Part shown: piece by piece, positions 12,528 through 21,443 of the stretch
How positions within the stretch are numbered: position 1 is the stretch's first letter
Layout of the letters: every line of letters begins with the position of its first letter
Virus record (IMG/VR): IMGVR_UViG_2648501841_000003
Direction: 5' to 3' (one strand)
Length of the DNA stretch: 23,033 nucleotides
DNA from: a virus
Taxonomy: Duplodnaviria; Heunggongvirae; Uroviricota; Caudoviricetes
Made by a program: the position numbers and the translations under genes
The notes under the pieces: generated by a model
Seen by the model: the letters and a program-made list of their open reading frames with translations, nothing else
Database searches by the model: none
Told to the model about the DNA's origin: nothing

Positions 12528-15069
12528 ACCGGTAGGCGATCTGGTCGTTGATTTAAGTCTGGATGCGGCCAGATTTGACGAGCAGATGGCCAGAGTCAGG
12601 CGTCATTTTTCCGGTACGGAAAGTGATGCGAAAAAAACAGCGGCAGTCGTTGAACAGTCGATGAGCCGGCAGGCGCTGGCTGCACAGAAAGCGGGAATTT
12701 CCGTCGGGCAGTATAAAGCCGCCATGCGTATGCTGCCTGCGCAGTTCACTGACGTGGCCACGCAGCTTGCAGGTGGGCAAAGTCCGTGGCTGATCCTGCT
12801 GCAACAGGGGGGGCAGGTGAAGGACTCCTTCGGCGGGATGATCCCCATGTTCCGGGGGCTTGCCGGTGCGATCACCCTGCCGATGGTGGGGGCCACCTCG
12901 CTGGCGGTGGCGACCGGTGCGCTGGCGTATGCCTGGTATCAGGGCAACTCAACCCTGTCCGATTTCAACAAAACGCTGGTCCTTTCCGGCAATCAGGCCG
13001 GGCTGACGGCAGATCGTATGCTGGTCCTGTCCAGAGCCGGGCAGGCGGCAGGGCTGACGTTTAACCAGACCAGCGAGTCACTCAGCGCACTGGTTAAGGC
13101 GGGGGTAAGCGGTGAGGCTCAGATTGCGTCCATCAGCCAGAGTGTGGCGCGTTTCTCCTCTGCATCAGGCGTGGAGGTGGACAAGGTCGCTGAAGCCTTC
13201 GGGAAGCTGACCACTGACCCGACGTCGGGGCTGACAGCGATGGCGCGCCAGTTCCATAACGTGACGGCGGAGCAGATTGCGTATGTTGCTCAGTTGCAGC
13301 GTTCCGGCGAAGAAGCCGGGGCATTGCAGGCGGCGAACGAGGCCGCGACGAAAGGGTTTGATGACCAGACCCGCCGCCTGAAAGAGAACATGGGCACGCT
13401 GGAAACCTGGGCAGACAGGACAGCACGGGCATTCAAATCCATGTGGGATGCGGTGCTGGATATTGGTCGTCCTGATACCGCGCAGGAGATGCTGATTAAG
13501 GCAGAGGCCGCGTTTAAGAAAGCGGACGATATCTGGAATCTGCGCAAGGATGATTATTTTGTTAACGATGAAGCGCGGGCGCGTTACTGGGATGATCGTG
13601 AAAAGGCCCGTCTTGCGCTTGAAGCCGCCCGAAAGAAGGCTGAGCAGCAGAGTCAACAGGACAAAAATGCGCAGCAACAGAGCGATACCGAAGCGTCACG
13701 GCTGAAATATACCGAAGAGGCGCAGAAGGCTTACGAACGCCTGCAGACGCCGCTGGAGAAATATACCGCCCGTCAGGAAGAACTGAATAAGGCACTGAAA
13801 GACGGGAAAATCCTGCAGGCAGATTACAACACGCTGATGGCGGCGGCGAAAAAGGACTATGAAGCGACGCTGAAAAAGCCGAAACAGTCCGGCGTGAAGG
13901 TGTCTGCGGGCGATCGTCAGGAAGACAGTGCTCATGCTGCCCTGCTGACGCTTCAGGCAGAACTCCGGATGCTGGAGAAGCATGCCGGAGCGAATGAGAA
14001 AATCAGCCAGCAGCGCCGGGATTTGTGGAAGGCAGAAAGTCAGTTCGCGGTACTGGAGGAGGCGGCACAACGTCGCCAGCTGTCCGCACAGGAGAAATCC
14101 CTGCTGGCGCATAAAGACGAGACGCTGGAGTACAAACGCCAGCTGGCTGTACTTGGCGACAAGGTCACCTATCAGGAGCACCTGAACGCGCTGGCACAGC
14201 AGGCGGATAAATTCGCACAGCAACAACGGGCAAAACGGGCCGCCATTGATGCAAAAAACCGGGGGCTGACTGACCGGCAGGCAGCGCGGGAAGCCACGGA
14301 ACAGCGCCTGAAGGAACAGTATGGCGATAATCCTCTGGCGCTGAATAACGTCATGTCAGAGCAGAAAAAGACCTGGGCAGCTGAAGACCAGCTTCGCGGG
14401 AGCTGGATGGCAGGCCTCAGGTCAGGCTGGAGTGAGTGGGAAGAGAGCGCCACGGACAGTATGTCGCAGGTTAAAAGTGCTGCCACGCAGACCTTTGATG
14501 GTATTGCACAGAATATGGCGGCGATGCTGACCGGCAGTGAACAGAACTGGCGCAGCTTCACCCGTTCCGTGCTGTCCATGATGACAGAAATTCTGCTTAA
14601 GCAGGCAATGGTGGGGATTGTCGGAAGTATAGGCAGCGCCATTGGCGGCGGCGCATCAGCGTCAGGCGGTACAGCCATTCAGGCAGCTGCGGCGAAATTC
14701 CATTTTGCGGCCGGAGGGTTTACGGGAACCGGCGGCAAATATGAGCCAGCGGGGATTGTTCACCGTGGTGAATTTGTCTTCACGAAGGAGGCAACCAGCC
14801 GGATTGGCGTAGGAAATCTTTACCGGCTGATGCGCGGCTATGCCACCGGCGGTTATGTCGGTACACCGGGCAGCATGGCGGACAGCCGGTCGCAGGCGTC
14901 CGGGACGTTTGAGCAGAATAACCATGTGGTGATTAACAACGACGGCACGAACGGTCAGATAGGGCCACAGGCACTGAAGGCGGTTTATGACGTAGCCCGT
15001 AAGGCGGCAATGGATGTTGTGACCGGGCAGATGCGCGATGGTGGTCTGTTCTCCGGAGGTGGACGATGA
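12520..15069 (+). CDS. H: tail tape measure protein H
   Basis: 849-aa ORF MAEPVGDLVVDLSLDAARFDEQMARVRRHF...; long coiled-coil-rich middle, Gly-rich C-terminal region, ends ...INNDGTNGQIGPQALKAVYDVARKAAMDVVTGQMRDGGLFSGGGR. Confidence 0.95.
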   Translation: MAEPVGDLVVDLSLDAARFDEQMARVRRHFSGTESDAKKTAAVVEQSMSRQALAAQKAGISVGQYKAAMRMLPAQFTDVATQLAGGQSPWLILLQQGGQVKDSFGGMIPMFRGLAGAITLPMVGATSLAVATGALAYAWYQGNSTLSDFNKTLVLSGNQAGLTADRMLVLSRAGQAAGLTFNQTSESLSALVKAGVSGEAQIASISQSVARFSSASGVEVDKVAEAFGKLTTDPTSGLTAMARQFHNVTAEQIAYVAQLQRSGEEAGALQAANEAATKGFDDQTRRLKENMGTLETWADRTARAFKSMWDAVLDIGRPDTAQEMLIKAEAAFKKADDIWNLRKDDYFVNDEARARYWDDREKARLALEAARKKAEQQSQQDKNAQQQSDTEASRLKYTEEAQKAYERLQTPLEKYTARQEELNKALKDGKILQADYNTLMAAAKKDYEATLKKPKQSGVKVSAGDRQEDSAHAALLTLQAELRMLEKHAGANEKISQQRRDLWKAESQFAVLEEAAQRRQLSAQEKSLLAHKDETLEYKRQLAVLGDKVTYQEHLNALAQQADKFAQQQRAKRAAIDAKNRGLTDRQAAREATEQRLKEQYGDNPLALNNVMSEQKKTWAAEDQLRGSWMAGLRSGWSEWEESATDSMSQVKSAATQTFDGIAQNMAAMLTGSEQNWRSFTRSVLSMMTEILLKQAMVGIVGSIGSAIGGGASASGGTAIQAAAAKFHFAAGGFTGTGGKYEPAGIVHRGEFVFTKEATSRIGVGNLYRLMRGYATGGYVGTPGSMADSRSQASGTFEQNNHVVINNDGTNGQIGPQALKAVYDVARKAAMDVVTGQMRDGGLFSGGGR

Positions 15070-15395
15070 AAACCTTCCGCTGGAAAGTGAAACCCGGTAT
15101 GGATGTGGCTTCGGCCCCTTCCGTAAGAAAGGTGCGCTTTGGTGATGGCTATTCCCAGCGAGCGCCTGCCGGGCTGAATGCCGACCTGAAAACGTACAGC
15201 GTGACGCTTTCTGTTCCCCGTTGGGAGGCCACGGCGCTTGAGTCGTTTCTGGCTGAGCACGGGGGCTGGAAGGCCTTTCTGTGGACGCCGCCTTATGAGT
15301 GGCGGCAGATAAAGGTGACCTGCGCAAAATGGTCGTCGCGGGTCAGTATGCTGCGTGTTGAGTTCAGCGCAGAGTTTGAACAGGTGGTGAACTGA
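15066..15395 (+). CDS. M: minor tail protein M
   Basis: 109-aa ORF MKTFRWKVKPGMDVASAPSVRKVRFGDGYSQRAPAGLNADLKTYSVTLSV...; overlaps the H stop and the L start (TGATG). Confidence 0.9.
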   Translation: MKTFRWKVKPGMDVASAPSVRKVRFGDGYSQRAPAGLNADLKTYSVTLSVPRWEATALESFLAEHGGWKAFLWTPPYEWRQIKVTCAKWSSRVSMLRVEFSAEFEQVVN

Positions 15396-15676
15396 TGCAG
15401 GATATCCGGCAGGAAACACTGAATGAATGCACCCGTGCGGAGCAGTCGGCCAGCGTGGTGCTCTGGGAAATCGATCTGACAGAGGTCGGTGGAGAACGTT
15501 ATTTTTTCTGTAATGAGCAGAACGAAAAAGGTGAGCCGGTCACCTGGCAGGGGCGACAGTATCAGCCGTATCCCATTCAGGGGAGTGGTTTTGAACTGAA
15601 TGGCAAAGGCACCAGTACGCGCCCCACGCTGACGGTTTCTAACCTGTACGGTATGGTCACCGGGATGGCGGAAGAT
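15395..15676 (+). CDS. L: minor tail protein L, N-terminal 94 codons only; cut by the N10 gap at 15677
   Basis: MQDIRQETLNECTRAEQSASVVLWEIDLTEVGGERYFFCNEQNEKGEPVTWQGRQYQPYPIQGSGFELNGKGTSTRPTLTVSNLYGMVTGMAED, then the N run. The track ORF 15395-16222 is an artefactual read-through into a different gene. Confidence 0.85.
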
Positions 15677-15686
15677 NNNNNNNNNN
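15677..15686. other. run of 10 N (assembly gap / scaffold join)
   Basis: Exactly 10 n characters; sequence context changes from mid-L to the 3' end of a tape-measure gene. Confidence 0.95.
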
Positions 15687-16222
15687 GCAACATGGGAAAT
15701 GGCCTGGCAACTTTTGTCACTACCGGCAAACTCAATTTCAAATCCTTCACCTCTTCTGTGCTGTCAGATATGGCGAAAATCCTGGCGCAGGCAACCATGA
15801 TGAAATCGATAAAAGGGATTGGCAGTGTACTGGGATTTGATCTCAGCAGCCTTTCCCTGAATGCCAATGGGGGGATTTATCAGTCTGCTGATTTGAGTCG
15901 TTACAGTGGCACGGTGGTTAACCGTCCGACGTTTTTTGCTTTTGCAAAAGGCGCGGGTGTGATGGGGGAAGCGGGACCTGAAGCCATTCTGCCATTGCGT
16001 CGTGGTGCTGACGGTAAGCTGGGGGTTGTGGCGGATATTGGGGGTTCAGGTATGGCGATGTTTTCCCCGCAGTACAACATCGAGATCAATAACGATGGCA
16101 CGAACGGGCAGATAGGTCCGGCTGCCCTGAAGGCGGTTTATGACCTCGGGAAAAAAGCGGCAGCGGACTTTATGCAACAGCAGGCCCGTGATGGTGGTCG
16201 GTTAAGTGGAGCATATCGGTAA
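15687..16222 (+). CDS. H: second-allele tape measure protein, C-terminal 177 codons only (5' part missing at the gap)
   Basis: In-frame from 15689: NMGNGLATFVTTGKLNFKSFTSSVLSDMAKILAQ...INNDGTNGQIGPAALKAVYDLGKKAAADFMQQQARDGGRLSGAYR*. Shares the C-terminal INNDGTNGQIGP-ALKAVYD motif with H at 12520-15069 but is otherwise diverged. Confidence 0.75.
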
Positions 16223-16551
16223 TGGAGACGTTTCACTGGAAAGTGCGCCCGGATATGAATGTGGTATCAGAGCCGAAAGTGGTGACAGTGAAGCTGGGCG
16301 ATGGTTATGAACAGCGTCGTGCGGCGGGACTGAATAACCAGTTGTCGACTTACAGCGTGACGATACGTGTTCGTAAATGTGAACACCCATCTTTAAAAGC
16401 CTTTCTGGAACGGCACGGTGGCGTCCGTGCATTTCAGTGGACGCCACCTTATGACTGGAAACCGATCAGGGTGGTTTGTCGTAAATGGTCGGCAAGCGTG
16501 GGGGCGCTGTGGGTAACCATAACGGCAGATTTTGAACAGGTCGTGGCATAG
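16222..16551 (+). CDS. M: second-allele minor tail protein M (diverged from the copy at 15066-15395)
   Basis: 109-aa ORF METFHWKVRPDMNVVSEPKVVTVKLGDGYEQRRAAGLNNQLSTYSVTIRV...; same length and motif spacing as M (FxWKVxPxM, GDGYxQR, STYSVT, WTPPY) but clearly diverged. TAATG overlap with the preceding stop. Confidence 0.85.
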   Translation: METFHWKVRPDMNVVSEPKVVTVKLGDGYEQRRAAGLNNQLSTYSVTIRVRKCEHPSLKAFLERHGGVRAFQWTPPYDWKPIRVVCRKWSASVGALWVTITADFEQVVA

Positions 16552-16560
16552 GAGGCTCTG

Positions 16561-17259
16561 ATGCAGGATATTCCACAGGAAACACATCATGAGACGACAC
16601 GCCTCACTCAGTCAGCCCAGGCGGTGCTCTGGGAAATCGATCTGACAGAGGTCGGTGGTGAACGTTATTTTTTCTGTAATGAGCAGAACGAAAAAGGTGA
16701 GCCGGTTACCTGGCAGGGGCGGCAGTATCAGGCATACCCCATTCAGGGGACGGGATTTGAACTGAACGGCAAGGGCAGTTCTGCCCGTCCGACACTGACG
16801 GTTTCTAACCTGCACGGCATGGTCACGGGGATGGCGGAAGACCTGCAGAGTCTGGTCGGCGGAACGGTGGTCCGGCGTAAGGTTTACGCCCGTTTTCTGG
16901 ATGCGGTGAACTTCGTCAACGGAAACAGCGACGCCGATCCGGAGCAGGAGGTGATCAGCCGCTGGCGCATTGAGCAGTGCAGCGAACTGAGCGCGGTGAG
17001 TGCCTCTTTTGTACTGTCCACGCCGACGGAAACGGACGGCGCTGTTTTTCCGGGACGTATCATGCTGGCCAACACCTGCACCTGGACCTATCGCGGCGAT
17101 GAGTGCGGTTATCACGGTCCGGCGGTCGCGGATGAATATGACCAGCCAACGTCCGATATCACGAAGGATAAATGCAGCAAATGCCTGAGCGGTTGTAAGT
17201 TCCGCAATAACGTCGGCAACTTTGGCGGCTTCCTTTCCATTAACAAACTTTCGCAGTAA
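16561..17259 (+). CDS. L: minor tail protein L, complete second allele (mosaic: N-terminus diverged, remainder lambda-like)
   Basis: 232-aa ORF MQDIPQETHHETTRLTQSAQAVLWEIDLTEVGGERYFFCNEQNEKGEPVTWQGRQYQAYPIQGTGFELNGKGSSARPTLTVSNLHGMVTGMAEDLQSLVGG...CSKCLSGCKFRNNVGNFGGFLSINKLSQ. Contains a Cys-rich C-terminal region. Confidence 0.9.
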   Translation: MQDIPQETHHETTRLTQSAQAVLWEIDLTEVGGERYFFCNEQNEKGEPVTWQGRQYQAYPIQGTGFELNGKGSSARPTLTVSNLHGMVTGMAEDLQSLVGGTVVRRKVYARFLDAVNFVNGNSDADPEQEVISRWRIEQCSELSAVSASFVLSTPTETDGAVFPGRIMLANTCTWTYRGDECGYHGPAVADEYDQPTSDITKDKCSKCLSGCKFRNNVGNFGGFLSINKLSQ

Positions 17260-17264
17260 ATCCC

Positions 17265-18016
17265 ATGACACAGACAGAATCAGCGATTCTGGCGCACGCC
17301 CGGCGATGTGCGCCAGCGGAGTCGTGCGGCTTCGTGGTAAGCACGCCGGAGGGGGAAAGATATTTCCCCTGCGTGAATATCTCCGGTGAGCCGGAGGCGT
17401 ATTTCCGTATGTCGCCGGAAGACTGGCTGCAGGCAGAAATGCAGGGTGAGATTGTGGCGNNNNNNNNNNGGTCCACAGCCACCCCGGTGGTCTGCCCTGG
17501 CTGAGTGAGGCCGACCGGCGGCTGCAGGTGCAGAGTGATTTGCCGTGGTGGCTGGTCTGCCGGGGGACGATTCATAAGTTCCGCTGTGTGCCGCATCTCA
17601 CCGGGCGGCGCTTTGAGCACGGGGTGACGGACTGTTACACGCTGTTCCGGGATGCTTATCATCTGGCGGGGATTGAGATGCCGGATTTTCATCGCGAGGA
17701 TGACTGGTGGCGTCACGGTCAGAATCTCTATCTGGATAATCTGGAGGCCACAGGGCTGTATCAGGTGCCGTTGTCATCAGCACAACCGGGCGATGTGCTG
17801 CTGTGCTGTTTTGGTTCATCGGTGCCGAATCATGCCGCCATTTACTGTGGTGATGGCGAGCTGCTGCACCATATTCCTGAACAACTGAGCAAACGAGAGA
17901 GGTATACCGACAAATGGCAGCGACGCACACACTCCCTCTGGCGTCACCGGGCATGGCGCGCATCTGCCTTTACGGGGATTTGCAACGATTTGGCCGCCGC
18001 ATCGACCTTCGTGTGA
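17265..18016 (+). CDS. K: tail assembly protein K (JAB/MPN-type metallopeptidase N-terminus plus NlpC/P60-like C-terminus); interrupted by the N10 gap at 17460-17469
   Basis: N-terminal piece MTQTESAILAHARRCAPAESCGFVVSTPEGERYFPCVNISGEPEAYFRMSPEDWLQAEMQGEIVA, gap, then VHSHPGGLPWLSEADRRLQVQSDLPWWLVCRG...NDLAAASTFV*. The two pieces are in different frames only because 10 N replace what is probably one codon (Leu). Confidence 0.85.
17460..17469. other. run of 10 N inside K, next to the JAMM motif (HSHPGG); no duplicated flank here
   Basis: Exactly 10 n; the flanking codons are consecutive K residues, so the true missing length is probably about 2-3 nt. Confidence 0.95.
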
Positions 18017-18528
18017 AAACGGGGGCTGAAGCCATCCGCGCACTGGCCACACAGCTCCCGGTGTTTCGTCAGAAGCTGAGCGACGGCTGGTATCAGGTAC
18101 GGATTACCGGGCGGGACGTCAGCACGTCCGGGTTAACGGCGCAGTTACATGAGACTCTGCCTGATGGCGCTGTGATTCATATTGTTCCCAGAGTCGCCGG
18201 GGCCAAGTCAGGTGGCGTATTCCAGATTGTCCTGGGGGCTGCCGCCATTGCCGGATCATTCTTTACCGCCGGAGCCACCCTTGCAGCATGGGGGGCAGCC
18301 ATTGGGGCCGGTGGTATGACCGGCATCCTGTTTTCTCTCGGTGCCAGTATGGTGCTCGGTGGTGTGGCGCAGATGCTGGCACCGAAAGCCAGAACTCCCC
18401 GTACACAGACAACGGATAACGGCAAACAAAACACCTATTTCTCCTCACTGGATAACATGGTTGCCCAGGGCAATGTTCTGCCGGTTCTGTACGGTGAAAT
18501 GCGCGTGGGGTCACGCGTGGTTTCTCAA
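17914..18528 (+). CDS. I: tail assembly protein I, allele 1; 3' end cut by the N10 gap (last ~18 codons missing)
   Basis: MAATHTLPLASPGMARICLYGDLQRFGRRIDLRVKTGAEAIRALATQLPVFRQKLSDGWYQVRITGRDVSTSG...GEMRVGSRVVSQ then N. Start overlaps the 3' end of K in another frame, as in lambda. Confidence 0.85.
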
Positions 18529-18538
18529 NNNNNNNNNN
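18529..18538. other. run of 10 N (assembly gap); sequence restarts about 550 bp upstream in I/K with a different allele
   Basis: Exactly 10 n. The post-gap sequence TTTGCAACGATTTGGCCGCCGCATCGACCTTCGTGT repeats 17978-18013 with substitutions. Confidence 0.95.
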
Positions 18539-18539
18539 T

Positions 18540-19121
18540 TTGCAACGATTTGGCCGCCGCATCGACCTTCGTGTAAAAACGGGGGCCGAAGCCATCCGGG
18601 CGCTGGCCATGCAGATCCCGGCGTTTCGTCAGAAGCTGAGCGACGGCTGGTATCTGGTACGGATTGCCGGGCGTGATACAGGTGAAAATGAATTATCTGC
18701 CCGTCTTAATGAGCCGCTGGCAAATGGTGCCGTGATCCACATCGTGCCGCGCCTGGCGGGTGCTAAAAGTGGCGGTGTGTTTCAGGCAGTGCTGGGTGCG
18801 GCGCTGATTGCGGTGGCATGGTGGAACCCTGTGGGCTGGCTGGGGGCCGCGGCTGTATCGGGTATGTATGCAGCAGGGGCCAGTATGATCCTGGGTGGTG
18901 TGGCGCAGATGCTGGCACCGAAAGCCAGAACTCCCCGTACACAGACAACGGATAACGGCAAACAAAACACCTATTTCTCCTCACTGGATAACATGGTTGC
19001 CCAGGGCAATGTTCTGCCCGTTCTGTACGGTGAAATGCGCGTGGGATCACGTGTGGTTTCTCAGGAGATCAGCACGGCAGACGAAGGGGACGGTGGTCAG
19101 GTTGTGGTGATTGGTCGCTGA
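18540..19121 (+). CDS. I: tail assembly protein I, allele 2; 5' end missing at the gap, 3' end complete
   Basis: LQRFGRRIDLRVKTGAEAIRALAMQIPAFRQKLSDGWYLVRIAGRDTGENELSARLNEPLANGAVIHIVPRLAGAKSGGVFQAVLGAALIAVAWWNPVGWLGAAAVSGMYAAGASMILGG...VVSQEISTADEGDGGQVVVIGR*. The central segment is diverged from allele 1; both ends are near-identical. Confidence 0.85.
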   Translation: MQRFGRRIDLRVKTGAEAIRALAMQIPAFRQKLSDGWYLVRIAGRDTGENELSARLNEPLANGAVIHIVPRLAGAKSGGVFQAVLGAALIAVAWWNPVGWLGAAAVSGMYAAGASMILGGVAQMLAPKARTPRTQTTDNGKQNTYFSSLDNMVAQGNVLPVLYGEMRVGSRVVSQEISTADEGDGGQVVVIGR

Positions 19122-19138
19122 TGCAAAATGTTTTATGT

Positions 19139-19165
19139 GAAACCGCCTCCGGGCGGTTTTGTCGT
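19139..19165 (+). terminator. hairpin plus T-run between I and J (terminator- or attenuator-like)
   Basis: AAACCGCC-TCCG-GGCGGTTTT followed by GTCGTTT; an 8-bp stem including A-U pairs. Confidence 0.35.
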
Positions 19166-19181
19166 TTATGGAGCATGACGA

Positions 19182-19973
19182 ATGGGTAAAGGAAGCAGTA
19201 AGGGGCATACCCCGCGCGAAGCGAAGGACAACCTGAAGTCCACGCAGCTGCTGAGTGTGATCGATGCCATCAGCGAAGGACCGATTGAAGGTCCGGTGGA
19301 TGGATTAAAAAGCGTGCTGCTGAACAGTACGCCGGTGCTGGACAGTGAGGGGAATACCAATATATCCGGCGTCACGGTGGTGTTCCGGGCCGGTGAGCAG
19401 GAGCAGACACCGCCGGAGGGATTTGAATCCTCCGGCTCCGAGACGGTGCTCGGTACAGAAGTGAAATATGACACGCCGATCACCCGGACCATCACGTCGG
19501 CAAACATTGACCGTCTGCGTTTTACTTTCGGCGTGCAGGCACTGGTGGAAACCACCTCAAAGGGGGACAGGAATCCATCGGAAGTCCGCCTGCTGGTTCA
19601 GATACAACGTAACGGTGGCTGGGTGACGGAAAAAGACATCACCATTAAGGGCAAAACCACGTCGCAGTATCTGGCCTCGGTGGTGGTGGATAACCTGCCG
19701 CCGCGCCCGTTTAATATCCGGATGCGCAGGATGACGCCGGACAGCACCACAGACCAGCTGCAGAACAAAACGCTCTGGTCGTCATACACCGAAATCATCG
19801 ATGTGAAACAGTGCTACCCGAACACGGCACTGGTTGGCGTGCAGGTGGACTCGGAGCAGTTTGGCAGTCAGCAGGTGAGCCGTAATTATCATCTTCGCGG
19901 GCGCATTCTGCAGGTGCCGTCAAACTATGATCCGGAAAAACGCACTTACAGCGGCATCTGGGACGGAACGTTA
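19182..19973 (+). CDS. J: tail tip/central fibre protein J, segment a (N-terminal 264 codons), cut by an N10 gap
   Basis: MGKGSSKGHTPREAKDNLKSTQLLSVIDAISEGPIEGPVDGLKSVLLNSTPVLDSEGNTNISGVTVVFRAGEQEQTPPEGF...; SD GGAG upstream; synteny after I. Confidence 0.9.
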
Positions 19974-19983
19974 NNNNNNNNNN
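19974..19983. other. run of 10 N; following sequence re-covers the last ~180 bp of segment a at roughly 90% identity
   Basis: CGATGTGAAACAGTGCTACCCGAACACGGCACTGGT occurs on both sides (19795 and 19984) with scattered substitutions downstream. Confidence 0.95.
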
Positions 19984-19984
19984 C

Positions 19985-20587
19985 GATGTGAAACAGTGCT
20001 ACCCGAACACGGCACTGGTCGGCGTGCAGGTGGACTCGGAGCAGTTCGGCAGCCAGAAGGTGAGCCGTAATTATCATCTGCGCGGGCGTATTCTGCAGGT
20101 GCCGTCGAATTATAACCCGCAGACGCGGCAATACAGCGGTATCTGGGACGGAACGTTTAAACCGGCATACAGCAACAACATGGCCTGGTGTCTGTGGGAT
20201 ATGCTGACCCACCCGCGCTACGGCATGGGGAAACGTCTTGGTGCGGCGGATGTGGATAAATGGGCGCTGTATGTCATCGGCCAGTACTGCGACCAGTCAG
20301 TGCCGGACGGCTTTGGCGGCACGGAGCCGCGCATCACCTGTAATGCCTACCTGACCACACAGCGTAAGGCGTGGGATGTTCTCAGCGATTTCTGCTCGGC
20401 GATGCGCTGTATGCCGGTATGGAACGGGCAGACGCTGACGTTCGTGCAGGACCGGCCGTCGGATAAGGTGTGGACCTATAACCGCAGTAATGTGGTGATG
20501 CCGGATGATGGCGCGTCGTTCCGCTACAGCTTCAGCGCCCTCAAGGACCGCCATAATGCCGTTGAGGTGAACTGGATTGACCCGGAT
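19985..20587 (+). CDS. J: J, segment b (internal fragment, different allele from segment a)
   Basis: In frame from 19985: DVKQCYPNTALVGVQVDSEQFGSQKVSRNYHLRGRILQVPSNYNPQTRQYSGIWDGTFKPAYSNNMAWCLWDMLTHPRYGMGKRLGAADVDKW...NWIDPD. Confidence 0.85.
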
Positions 20588-20597
20588 NNNNNNNNNN
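20588..20597. other. run of 10 N; following sequence re-covers ~275 bp of segment b at roughly 96% identity
   Basis: CTTTGGCGGCACGGAGCCGCGCATCACCTGTAATGC is present at 20313 and again at 20598. Confidence 0.95.
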
Positions 20598-20598
20598 C

Positions 20599-21432
20599 TT
20601 TGGCGGCACGGAGCCGCGCATCACCTGTAATGCGTACCTGACCACGCAGCGCAAGGCGTGGGATGTGCTCAGTGATTTCTGCTCGGCGATGCGCTGTATG
20701 CCGGTATGGAACGGGCAGACGCTGACGTTCGTGCAGGACCGGCCGTCGGATAAGGTGTGGACCTATAACCGCAGTAATGTGGTGATGCCGGATGATGGCG
20801 CGCCGTTCCGCTACAGCTTTAGCGCCCTGAAAGACCGCCATAATGCCGTTGAGGTGAACTGGACTGACCCGGACAACGGCTGGGAGACGGCGACAGAGCT
20901 TGTGGAGGACACGCAGGCCATTGCCCGTTACGGTCGTAACGTCACGAAGATGGATGCCTTTGGCTGTACCAGTCGGGGGCAGGCACACCGTGCCGGGCTG
21001 TGGCTGATTAAAACGGAACTGCTGGAAACGCAGACCGTGGACTTCAGCGTGGGCGCAGAAGGGCTTCGCCATGTACCGGGCGATGTCATTGAAATCTGTG
21101 ATGATGACTATGCGGGGATCAGCATCGGTGGGCGTGTGCTGGCGGTGAACAGCCAGACCCGGACGCTGACGCTCGACCGTGAAATCACGCTGCCATCCTC
21201 CGGCACCACGCTGATAAGCCTGGTTGACGGAAGTGGCAATCCGGTCAGCGTGGAGGTTCAGTCCGTCACCGACGGCGTGAAGGTAAAAGTGAGCCGTGTT
21301 CCTGACGGCGTTGCCGGATACAGCGTATGGGGGCTGAAGTTGCCGACGTTGCGCCAGCGCCTGTTCCGCTGCGTGAGTATCCGTGAGAACGACGACGGCA
21401 CGTATGCCATCACCGCCGTGCAGCATGTACCC
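20599..21432 (+). CDS. J: J, segment c (internal fragment)
   Basis: In frame from 20599: FGGTEPRITCNAYLTTQRKAWDVLSDFCSAMRCMPVWNGQTLTFVQDRPSDKVWTYNRSNVVMPDDGAPFRYSF...AITAVQHVP. Confidence 0.85.
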
Positions 21433-21442
21433 NNNNNNNNNN
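21433..21442. other. run of 10 N; following sequence re-covers ~173 bp of segment c at roughly 94% identity
   Basis: GTCCGTCACCGACGGCGTGAAGGTAAAAGTGAGCCG is present at 21260 and again at 21443. Confidence 0.95.
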
Positions 21443-21443
21443 G

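Noticed and set aside
12553-15327. Several minus-strand ORFs of 80-220 aa inside H (for example 13165-13677, 13696-14226, 14172-14678, 14662-15327)
   Set aside because: They are antisense to the tape measure gene, low-complexity (Arg/Pro/Ser-rich), and lack start-site signals. They are artefacts of GC-rich coding sequence.
15395-16222. Single 275-aa ORF in the six-frame track, reading through the N run
   Set aside because: It fuses the N-terminus of L to the C-terminus of a different tape-measure allele across 10 N (XXXX). It is a frame coincidence at a scaffold join, not a real gene.
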